A stretch of 64,000 bases of DNA from Azolla caroliniana (taxonomy: Eukaryota; Plantae; Polypodiophyta). The position numbers were made by a program, and so were the translations under genes. Numbering within the stretch: the stretch's first letter is position 1; every line of letters begins with the position of its first letter. The notes under the pieces were generated by a model that saw only the letters and a list, made by a program, of their open reading frames with translations, was not told the DNA's origin and ran no database searches. The stretch lies in the NCBI GenBank assembly GCA_043228905.1, contig JBHGNT010000012.1, positions 20,584,001 through 20,648,000 on the forward strand, in the 5' to 3' direction. Shown here in pieces: positions 1-10,799 of this stretch.

Positions 1-411
1 CTTGATCGCCGCAAGCTGGTTCACGAATCCCATGAACGTGCTTACGTGTTCCACCATACTCTCGCCATCCCGGTACTTGAGGTTCACTATCTTCCTCATC
101 AGGGAGGTCCGGTTCAACGCATTCTTCCTCTCGTAGAGGCCCGACAGCTTCCGCCACATCTCATATGCGTTGGTGTCGTTCGCCACATGTTGTAGAACGC
201 TCACGTCTACGTATTGCCGAATGGTTGCAACGGCTTTCCGGTTCAGAAGCCTCCATTCCGACTCAAGTACTCCCTTCGGTATTTCCGACCTGTCAATCGG
301 TTCGTACAGGTCCCGAACAATCAGAAGATCCTCCATCTTGATCTTCCAGTCGGCGTAATTCTGCGCATTCAGCACCATCATCCCCGGCTGCCCGCTGCCG
401 CCGCCTTCCAT
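1..411 (-). CDS. Ty1/copia gag, N-terminal part (runs off the window edge)
   Basis: ATG at 411-409 reads MEGGGSGQPGMMVLNAQNYADWKIKMEDLLIVRDLYEPID, a typical copia gag start. It lies directly downstream of a tRNA-iMet PBS. Confidence 0.85.
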   Translation of the reverse strand, partial: MEGGGSGQPGMMVLNAQNYADWKIKMEDLLIVRDLYEPIDRSEIPKGVLESEWRLLNRKAVATIRQYVDVSVLQHVANDTNAYEMWRKLSGLYERKNALNRTSLMRKIVNLKYRDGESMVEHVSTFMGFVNQLAAIK

Positions 412-426
412 TTTCTGCAGCAGTTC

Positions 427-438
427 GCTCTGATACCA
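427..438 (-). promoter_or_regulatory. Primer-binding site, tRNA-iMet
   Basis: The minus strand reads TGGTATCAGAGC, 3 nt after the LTR terminal CA. Confidence 0.9.
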
Positions 439-441
439 AAT

Positions 442-1044
442 TGATGGAAATTAATCGACACTTTCCAAACTTCACCTCTCGGCCACAACCAAGGAAACAC
501 ACAAATCGTTGTTGCAGAAAATGGGAAATGCGAAAAATAGAGTGGACACACGATTTAACGTGGAAAACCCTGTACGGGAAAAACCACGGGAGTACAAGAC
601 TCCAAACCAAAAACTATGCACAGAGAAATATACAATGGCGAGCTTCAAGGCGACGACCTTGAGCTCGCTGTCCTCGCCACAGGCGGCGGAAATACACAGA
701 GGCGTCGACCTCTTTCTCTCTCACGCTCTATCTCTCTCACGGCTGCTCTCTCTTCACTCCTCTTGAGTGGAAAAACAGAAAAATGAGAAGCAACATAAAA
801 ACTGTTTGCCCTAAGTCATATTTATACACATATGACTTTGGGGCTATTTACAACTATAGCCTCAAGGGCCCTTGGCAAACATATTCACGGATATGTCCCC
901 GCATCCGGATCTCTCTCCGGGTACATTCGTCATCCGGCTCCGAAGCCGGGGTCTTCATCATCCGGTTCCGAAACCGAAACCGGACTTGTCGGCATTCATC
1001 TCTGACATCCGACCATCCCATCCGAAGGGACCGTAATCCCAACA
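442..1044 (-). repeat. 5' LTR of copia element inserted into a gypsy pol
   Basis: TGTTGGGA...CATCA termini on the minus strand. The end motif (cat[c/t]cg[a/g]agggacc...cccaaca) recurs at ~17980-18006, ~47188-47212 and, reversed, at 40344. Confidence 0.8.
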
Positions 1045-3350
1045 AAATATTAGTGGTCGGACATCTATGTGGGCCCTACGGCCGAAGACCGTCACCAACA
1101 AAGATCGATGCGATTCAAGCTATGGAGGAAGTATGCGAGTCAACATCTGAAGTCCGAAGGTTTCTCGGTGCATGTGCATTCTATCACATATGGATTCCGC
1201 ACTATGCACATATAGCGGACCCGCTCTACCACTTGTTGCGGAAAGGTAAGAAATTCGAATGGAAACCGGAACACACCAAAGCCATGAAGAAATTGAAGAA
1301 GACACTTCGGAGGGCGGAAGCACTTAAGAAGCCGAGCTATGACCGACCGATCACGAAAACGGTTGATACAAGTCCAACCGGTATCAGGTGGGTCATCAAT
1401 CAAGCCGACTCGGATGGTTCGCAGTATCCGATCCGATTTGGAGCAAAGGTTCTCAACGAAAGGCAACGTGGATATGCACAAGTCAAAAGAGAACTGTGGG
1501 GAGTCGTGTCGGCGATAAAATCGGATCGGAATTATTTGATCGGAGCCGAAGTGGTGATCGAGACGGATTGTCTTCCGATACTCGGGATGATGCGGTGTTG
1601 TACGATACCAGATGTAGCTATGCTAAGGTGGGTTGCATATGTCAAGTCTCTTAATCCGGAGGTTCGACACATCTCGGGGAAGGAAAACGCGGTAGTGGAT
1701 ATGTTATCAAGGGCTCGGTTCGGAGACAACATAACCGAATCGGATAATGAAGAAGTTTCCGAAGACTACTTCTCGTCGGAGCACATATGCCGAGTGAACG
1801 TAATCCGAGAATTCCGGGAAGAAGAATACGAGGGAGAAAGCTTGATGATCGGAAAGATGTTACAAGAGGCCGAGGATTCAACAAACGATAAAGGAAGAAG
1901 AGCCGAGATCCGAAGGAAGAAGAGGCAGGTCCAAAAGTTCTTCTTGGAAAACGGATTAATATGGAGGGCGCCGAAAAGACCGGATGGTATACCACTTCGA
2001 GTAGTCGGGACAAAAGAGCAACGAAACCGGATAATGTCCGAGTTTCACGAATCCGATTGGGCTGGACACCGAGGAACATGGGCAACATTTGTGAAGATCA
2101 AGCAAAAATATTGGTGGAAGAAAATGTACAAAGATATCACGGAGTTTACCGAAAGCTGCGAGAAATGTCAAGTCTACTCCGGGGTTCGACATCGAGATGA
2201 GTTACATCCGACATTCTCACCGACAATCAACTTCAAGTGGATGGTCAACATAGTGGCCATGCCGACCGGGATCGGACAAAAGAAATACTTGGTATTAGCT
2301 CGGGAAGATCTCACGAATCAAGTAGAAGGTCGAGCGCTTCAGAGGAAAACGTGTTCCGCGGTATGCCAATTTCTTTTGGAGGAAGTATTTTGCAGGTACG
2401 GGTGCGTAGGACAAGTGATTGCGGACCGGGGAGAACTCGACTCGGACAAAGCTAGGGGATTCTTCGCCAAACACGGAGTTCGGTTATCGCTGACAACGGC
2501 ATACAATCCGGAGGCCAACGGGAAAATCGAACGAGGACATAGTCCGATCGTAAAAGCACTTGCGAAGGCATGCGATGGAAAGGTGAAGGACTGGCCGCAG
2601 ATGCTTCCGTATGCACTATGGGCGGATCGGACGACGCATAGCTCCATAACCGGTTACATGCCGGCAGAACTCATGACCGGACAAGCACCGGTAATGCCGA
2701 CGGAAACCGCGATCGCGACATGGACAGTGCTACCGTGGAAGGAAGAGATGAGCCGGGAAGAACTACTAGCGGTCCGGATACGACAACTAGAGGGAAGAAC
2801 GACAGACATAGCGGAAGCAATACGCCGACAACAAGAAGCACGATTAAGGAACAAAAGCCGGTTCGACACAAAGCACCGACTACGACCGAGGAGGATTGAA
2901 GAAGGAGACTGGGTGATCGTCTATGACAGTAGTTTGGACCATCAACATACAACGATGCGGAAATTCGCGAAAAGGTGGTTCGGGCCATACGAGGTTCGGA
3001 AAGTCTTCGACAACGGAACGTACCGACTGTCCGAGTTGGATGGAACAATACTACGAGTGCCTATAGCCGGGAAGCGGGTGAAGATTTTCAAGAAGCGGAC
3101 CGACGACAAACCCTATGTGATCCAAGCCAAGGCCGACTATGAGGAGCAATCAGACGAAGACCACGGGGATGCGGGAAGCGAAGAATGTGAATTACAACTC
3201 ATAGTCGACATAAGGGGAGAATCGGAGGAAGCTTTGGGTGAAGACGGATATGGGGAATCGAGAACTTTGGCACATACCGGAGGATGTGCGGGTTCGGAGG
3301 GGGCGAGTGTCGTAGTGTATTCCACACACTACGTGAAAACCATAAAATAA
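1045..3350 (+). CDS. Ty3/gypsy pol, 3' part: RT end, RNase H, integrase (HHCC, core, GPY/F)
   Basis: RRFLGACAFY, DTSPTG..YAQVKRELWGVV..TDC (RNase H), HESDWAGHRG..CEKC (zinc finger), ADRGE..YNPEANGKIERGH (core), WFGPY. The first ~87 aa of the 783..3350 ORF are translated LTR sequence. Confidence 0.9.
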
Positions 3351-4011
3351 TATATCCGAATTTAGATACATATAAATAAATAAATAATATATCAAAAGAA
3401 TTTATCACATGCATAGGGCAAGATTCAAACCATGCACCTCCACGTAGATAAACCCCAACTTTACCATTGTAATAACTTATCTTTAGTGTTATAAATATAG
3501 ATTTAATACGTATAAGACCTTTATTTACACATACCTTTATTAAAAGGTAAAAATCATGTATTCTTTAGAGTGTGAATATTTTATTTACACGTGACATTAA
3601 AAGTGACTCATGCACATCTAGCGTGCACGAGCCCTATATTTAGGAAATGACAAAACATCACATGCACATTTAGTGTGCATGGGTACTTTAGGTGAAAAAG
3701 CATGAAGCCATGCTTAGCCTCTTCCATCTTTATATAAGGAGGAGAAAAATATGTATATGGTTGTTGATTAATATACAAGTTTTGATCAATCTAATATATT
3801 TGTGGGATTCACGAATTTTGCCATCTAATTGCTCTTATAATCTAAATATTGTTTTAATTACACTAAACTCGTGGGATTCACGAGATTGCTATCTTACTTC
3901 TCTTTCCACTATTCATAACTAGCCTTAAGTTGTATTCCTCTTCCTCCTAGTCCAAAACCTCGGCGGTTCCCACCCGACTCACGCAACGATCCGGAGCCGA
4001 AAGGCACGACA
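3308..4011 (+). repeat. 3' LTR of the gypsy element
   Basis: TGTCGT...ACGACA inverted termini, preceded by the purine-rich PPT GGAGGGGGCGAG. TATA-like TATATAAG at ~3731. Confidence 0.75.
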
Positions 4012-5082
4012 GCGGAGCGGAGAGAGTCGGCACGCCGAGGTGTGCGGCACGCAAAGTGCGGAATCCGGCATGCGACCGGGAGCGCATCCGGGGAATATAC
4101 GAGGCGGACAAAGGAAGAGCAACCGGGTCGGCGACGGCGTTCGGGAGGACCGAACGGGGAGGAAAGCACGGGCATCGGATACGGCGGGTCGGATGTAGTC
4201 GGTGGTTCAAGGACCCACGGTGGACATGGCGGACCGGATGGCGCCGACGGTTCGAGACCATTCGGCGAGGATGGTGGGCCGGAAGGCGGCGGTGGTTCGT
4301 GTGGACGGGGTGGTCTTGCTCGAAGTGGAAGACAAAGCCGGGCGGCGGCCCCACGAGGACGCTAAGGACTCGGTCGGTCGTCGTGGCCGAAAATCTCGTG
4401 TTCTCTCCCCTATGTTTTGGCACATACCGGAGGATGTGCGGTTAGGTGGGGGCGGATGTCGTGAAGATTTTCCTCCACAAGCGGAAACCCAAGCAATGAG
4501 AGCCAAAGAGCGATGTGCAACGTTGCACACGTACATAATGTATTTGTAATAGTAATAAAGGTATAAAGGTGATGTGGTTGTACGCACATCCACGCGAGAG
4601 AGAGAGAGAGAGAGGTACTATGCGGTACATAGGTACCTAGTTGTTTGTGAGGAGGTGGGAGTTAAGGGGCCATCAATCTCACCCTCCCCCAAATCAAGGC
4701 AAATATCCCCTTTGAATGAAAGGGGATATTTTAGTCTCACTTTTGTAAGCGGTCTTCCTTCCTTGTTCTATAAAAGGAGAGAGAAGGCACCATTGTGGGG
4801 GTTACCTATTTTGAGTGTGCGAGGTATACCACGTAGGTCGAGCGTTAGGGTTAGGGTTAGGGTTTCGAGTAGTCGTTTGGTGCGGCCATGGCGGCCACCA
4901 TTTGTTGTAATCATTCATTTCTTAATAGAACTTCTTGTTGAGTATCTTGATTGCATCTTCTTCTTCTATCATAATGTCATATGTGTTCTCTTCTCCCCGT
5001 GAGCTAATCTTTCTCCTCCACTCCCTAGTCCAAGACCCCCGTGGTCCCGCCCTTCTACACGCACGCGCGTAACTACGCGACA
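4012..5082 (+). mobile_element. 3' end of a gypsy-type element, probably non-autonomous: GC-rich internal region, PPT and 3' LTR (4457-5082)
   Basis: PPT AGGTGGGGGCGGA, then LTR TGTCGTGA...CGCGACA. The LTR resembles those at 43235-44068 and 48875-49632. Confidence 0.75.
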
Positions 5083-8000
5083 GTGGGCACAAGTACAACA
5101 ACTTGTACCCAATGATGGCGATCAATCCAAAAGGGGCCATAAATGTAGCCAAAAAGGCCTACCTGAACTTATGGCATGGCCGGCTCGGCCATATGTCTCA
5201 AGCTGGACTCGATCGGCTGATGGCGGTCGGCTACATCCTGAAACTTCAAGCAAAGACGGACTTCTGCGAGCATTGTCGATACGGGAAACAGACCCGCAGT
5301 CCGCAATCTCTTCATTATGAGACAATACGTCAGCCCTAGAGCTCATGCACACAAATATATGTGGGACGATGCCCGAAAGATCTCTAGGGGGCTCCCAGTA
5401 GTTAATCACATTTGTCTATGATTGGACATGGAAGGTCTACGCCTATACGATTAGGTCGAAAGACGAAGCGCTTGAGATCTTCGCTCGATGGTTAATCAAA
5501 GCGGAGAACCGGTCAGGACATAGAGTGAAGATACTCCATTCCGACAACGGAGGCAAATATACCTCCTGAGCTTTCAAACAGTACTTGTCCCACAAAGGGA
5601 TTTGGCATCAAAAGACCGTTCTACACACCCATGCAAAATGGAGTGGCATAACGGATCGACCGAATGGTTCAAGAGAGGATGACAACAATGCTCCAACAAG
5701 CCAGACTGAAGCTGGAGTTTTGGGCCAAAGCATTGCAGACGACAGTTTACCTGATAAGTCTATTGTCGTCAAAAGCAATCAGGCTCGAAGTGCGAGAAGC
5801 ACTATGGTTAGACAAACAACCAAAGCTTCAAATTTTCGGTTGCGAAGCTTACGCATTCATCCCTCGAGAGAAGAGGACCATGTTGGCTCCCCATGTAACA
5901 AAATCCATATTTCTCGGTTATGGAAGGGATGGGGATTTTGGCTATCACCTATGGGACCCAGAGAATCGGAAATTGATCTGAAGTCGTGACGTCGTCTTCA
6001 ATGAAGACTCTATCCTTTCTAAGCAGAACCAGTAGAACATAGCGGGCAAAAAGGTCTTGTTCAAAATCAACAGAGAAGTCGTAGAAAGACTGACCCATTG
6101 GGCTGAATCGGAGATTCGACAAACAGTCGAAATCGACCAAGCCGACAATACACCTTTTGACTCCAAATTGGTAGGAGGTTCGCTACTCAAACTCGAAGAG
6201 AAAGCCATCAAAGACAAAGCCGAATCGACAAGAGTCCAAAAAGGCAAAGTCGACAAGATGAAAGTCGGAAACAGAGTTGACCCGACTGAGACACCCAAGG
6301 CCAAAGGGAAAAACAAATCAAAGTCATTTAAGTCTCTCCATCTCGAAGAAGGGGAGAATGCGGTGACATCGTCGAAATCCTATCACAGTGGCGAGTCATT
6401 AGAAAGGAGTCTTGACATAAGTGGTTCAACAAATGTCGGGTCAGCCGATAGAGACGATCAAAGGATCCAAACCGATCATTACGACAGTCAGGACATCTGG
6501 ACGAAATCGAAGGCCGACAGAGTTCCGGGCCTCGACTACATCAACTACATGGATGCAGGCGAACTAAGCACATACAAAGAAGCTATACACCCAATGCCAA
6601 AACATGGCTCCAAGCCATGAGATCCAAGATGGACTCGATCAAAGAGAACAATACATGGGAGTTGGTCGAACTACCAACAGGAAGAAAGCCACTACCTTGC
6701 AAATGGGTATTCCAATACAAATATGTATCTGATTCAGAGAAGCCCAAGTACAAAGCTTGGCTCATCACGAAGGGATTCAAACAGGAACACCGGATTGACT
6801 ATGACGAGATATTCTCTCCAGTAGTCAAGATGAACACCCTTTGACTCTTACTCGGGGCCGTGGTGACAGAGGACCTAGAGCTTGAGCAACTCGACGTAAA
6901 GACGACATTCCTACACGGAGGCTTGGAAGAGGACATTTACATGTCCCAACCGGTACGGTTCTTGGTGATGGGGGAGGAAAGTCACCTCATATGTCAATTG
7001 AAGAAAACCCTATATGGCTTAAAACAAGCGCCGAGGATATGGTACCAGAAGTTCGAATCCTACATCCGATAATTTGGTTACAACCAGTCCGACTCCAACC
7101 CATGTTTATACACTCGGAAATTGGCCGATGAGTCTTGAATTTATTTGATCCTATATGTTGACGACATGTTGATTGCAATCAAGTTGAAATCAGAAAGCTA
7201 AAGCAGAGCCTTCACGACAAGTTTGCGATGAAGGAACTTGGACAAGCCCGACATATATTAGGCATGAGGATTGAGCAAAATCGGAAGACGAAGAATCTCT
7301 AATTCTCCTAGTCTGACTACATTCCAAAGGTGTTGAGGCACTTCAATATGGAGAACGTGAAGCAAGCACCAACTCCACTTCCAATGTCGATCCAACTATC
7401 AAACAAAGACTCTCCTTTGATTGATAAGGAGAGAGAGCTAAATGGAAAGATACCCTATGCATCGGCAGTAGGAAGTATCATGTACGCGATGGTGGCGACC
7501 AAACCTGATCTTGCATATGTCATGGGGGTCATCAACCAGTACATGTTGAATCAAGGTTGGAAGCATTGGGAGACCGTCAAACACATTTTAGGGTACCTAA
7601 AAGGAACCGAAGATGCACAATTGATCTTCGGATCGGCAAACCCGACCGTAGTCGAAGGCTACACCGACTCCGATTACACCAAGTTTGGGATAATTGGAAG
7701 TCGACATCAGGCTATATCTTCACCTATAGAGGTGGCAGTGTATCATGGAGGTCAAAGCTCCAAGAGTGCATGGCCCAGTCTACCACAGAGGCCGAGTACA
7801 TAGCCGCGTCGGAGGCAGTGAAGGAAGTGATCTGGCTGCACCAACTAACTGCCAATGTTTTGGCTACAAGCCAAATCGATCGACAAGTGCTAACCATCTA
7901 TTGCGACTCACAAAGCGCAATACACCTCATCAACAACCTTGTCTATCACATGAGGAAAAAGCATATTGAGGTGCAGTATCATCACATCTAGGAGCTGATA

Positions 8001-8127
8001 ATTGAAAAGAAGCTTGAAGTCCGAAAGATCGACACTGAGGTGAACATCGTCGATTGCCTAACGAAACCACTCCCAGATCAACACTTCGGAACAAGGAGGA
8101 CCGAGCAAAAGAAAGCCGAACGAGGAG
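5083..8127 (+). pseudogene. Decayed Ty1/copia pol (GAG-pre-integrase, integrase, RT, RNase H)
   Basis: LWHGRLGHMS..CEHC, FGCEAY, NNTWELVELP..CKWV, QLDVKTTFLHG, LYGLKQAPR, STTEAEYIA. Many stops and frameshifts. Confidence 0.9.
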
Positions 8128-8673
8128 TCATTCTACACTTAGTTGCCACTACTGTTCGGTTGTGGATTGTTGCCACTATTCGATCCGATGGAGTTCACTC
8201 CTCCTCCACTTCCGCCATTCTACACTTAGTTCCCGCCACTATGCGTTCCAAGCATCATTTGCCACTGTTCGATCTGAAGGAGTTCACTCCTCCATTGCCA
8301 CCATTCTACACTCAGTTGTCGCCATTGTTCGGTCCTAGATTGCAATAACTATTTGATCCGATGGAGTTCACTCGTCCATTGCCACCATTCTACACTCAGT
8401 TGCTGCCAATGTTCGATTCTGGATTGCAATAATTGTTCCTTTGTTGATTATCTTGTGTATTGTTGTGTATAATCTTGTGTATTGAGGAATAATTTTGTGT
8501 ATTGTTGTTGCCCATAGTCATCTTAGCTCGTTCCCGACGGTGGTTGAGTAGCTTTCACTCCGCTGCAACAAACATAAACTTACCAATGGTGGGATCGCTC
8601 TTGTGAATCACCTGTTTGCATGTGGTTTAGTAACTAGCTACGTGTCTTTTTTTGTGGAAATTTACTAATGAAT

Positions 8674-8935
8674 ATGTCAAGCCAAATGGAAGGGGAATGA
8701 GGATGTTTTCCAATACCCCTCATGGATCATTAGGATAGGGATGACGCTACCAGGACACAACAAGTGATACGAAAGTATTGGGAAGAAAAAAAAGGAAACA
8801 TCGTCAATTGTTGAAGGATACGAAAGCCACATTCACTAAAAGTAAGGATAGTATTGGTTGCGATATAGGTCTAAGTAGCGTACATGCACTCTCATTTGGT
8901 TAGGTGCATCAACGCCTCGATGTCGCAATACAATA
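8674..8935 (+). pseudogene. Transposase remnant of copy A (N-terminus, then an internal deletion)
   Basis: ATGTCAAGCCAAATGGAAGGGG...AGTAAGGATAGT aligns with the start of the 62709 ORF (MSNQMEGEEG...KGKDS). The sequence after ~8853 is absent from copy B and may be the C-terminus (inference). Confidence 0.7.
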
Positions 8936-9540
8936 GCTACTCATATTTATACACAATTAGTGCTAATGTGTATGGAATTTGTAGCTACAAGGAGATCATA
9001 CCAATTTTCTTGTAAAACAAGCAAACCACATGTATTGCAAAAAAACAGTTTAATAAAATCGTTTGGGAGACTATCTTCTTTCTTATATATAGTTTTCTTT
9101 CTGTTCTTGTTTCTTAATAAAATCATTTGGGAGTCTTCTTTTTGATATACAGTCTTCTTTTTGTTCTTCTTTCTTAATAAAATCATGTGTCTTTTTTATA
9201 TGCAATCTTGTTTCTGTTCTTCTTTCTTACAAAACAGTTTAATAAAATCGTTTGGGAGTCTTCTTTCTAATATATAGTTATACTTATTGCAACTTTCCGT
9301 CTTAGTGTCTGTTCAATGTGCATAATGACGATTATGTTGTTTGGAATACATTTTCGCAATGGTTTTATTACTCTCAAGTGAACCATGTACAAGTTCAAAC
9401 AGTTTGCCTAATTCGAAGAAAAAGCAACAAAATGGAATCAGAAATCGTGTACCTACTCTTAAAATTACATTGTAGATAATTTTTACTCAAAACAAGCGAT
9501 TTAATTCTTCATTCATTAATCTGTCATCAAATTACATATT

Positions 9541-10556
9541 TATAATACACCATTGGCAATGTCTACAAAGCGCCTATAAACAACTAAGCTCTTGCTAGTC
9601 AGTGGAACTTCGCTACATATATGATCTGCATACCGAGCTTGGTATGGAGTCCACAACCATACAATTAGTTGGCAGCTCAATGTTTTCACCAAGTAGTTAT
9701 CAAGCATTTCCTCGGGTACAATGAGACAACATCTGCAAAGGTTGAAGTATTGCCGGAAATGTTATGTATCCACGATCAACGTATTGTCGGCATTATATTT
9801 GGGCCAAGTATCCCGAAAATTAGAGTCTTTTGAATCTTGCATTATCCTTCTGCTCACATTTTTCTCGTGTCCACTGACCCTTGAAATGTTGTCGCCACTT
9901 CGGGAAGAATCTTTCAACACACTTCCACACATTTAAACGTGGGTTTTCACTCCAAATAAACAAATCAAAGTATTGCACAACCCACTCTAGAAATTGATTC
10001 GCGTCCCTCCTTGGCTGCATATATCGCACACTCATCAGGACTTTATCAAGCTCCAATATCAAGGCACTTCTTTTGTGTTCTAATGGTTTAGGTTTCCATT
10101 CTTGCAACGAAGCTTGTGTTACACCAAGTATTGGTAGCACACGATCAATTTCAATCAACTCAGGTTCTGTCGAAACAATTGGTGTCCTTTTCTTCTTCAA
10201 ACCCCTAGTCAACTATATCGTTGGGTCTGGCTTCACCTTGTATTGCTATTGTGCAGTCATTGGGTCTGGCTTCACACTGTTTTGCTCTTGTATAGTCGAT
10301 TGTGTAATCAGTCCTAGCATTACCTCTGTGCATGTAGATACTTCTCTGGTCGATATCAACCCACTTGTATCATGTGCTACATCTACCTGTAAAATCAGAT
10401 CATCTGTGCAACATGCTTGATCTACTTGCGTGACAAGATCATTTGTGTCAGTTGCTACATCTACTTTCAAAATGGGGCTCTCTAAACATGTAGCAAAATC
10501 AACAGTTTCCACAGTGCCATCAGCCTTAGGAGCAATAGATTCAAACCCTTTACACT
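9541..10556 (-). pseudogene. Cargo exon encoding a NIF/FCP1-homology (HAD-fold) phosphatase-like domain
   Basis: KRSALILELDKVL..RRDANQFLEWVVQYFDLFIWS..FKGQWTREKC..WPKYNADNTLIVDT matches the NIF pattern LVLDLDxTL..RPxxxxFL..FxxxxWS..NTLLxDD. Acceptor ttgcag lies at 10557-10562. Stops and one frameshift are present. Confidence 0.65.
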
Positions 10557-10799
10557 CTGCAACATAAGAAAACACCAACATATTCACACTCACAAAGTAG
10601 CTAATAGTCTCACAAAACAACATAATGAACATAAAATATTCTGCAACAAAATAATAATATTATCTTAATATCCATCATAGAGTTCCATTACATAATATGG
10701 ATCAAGCAACAACCAATCTAAGGTTTTACTTGTCCAAATAGATCATAGAAAATCTTCATAATTTTCTAGGAAAATAACCAACAATCATATCCCACTAAT

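Noticed and set aside
783-1044. N-terminal 87 aa of the 855-aa ORF
   Set aside because: This is chance read-through from the inserted copia LTR into gypsy pol.
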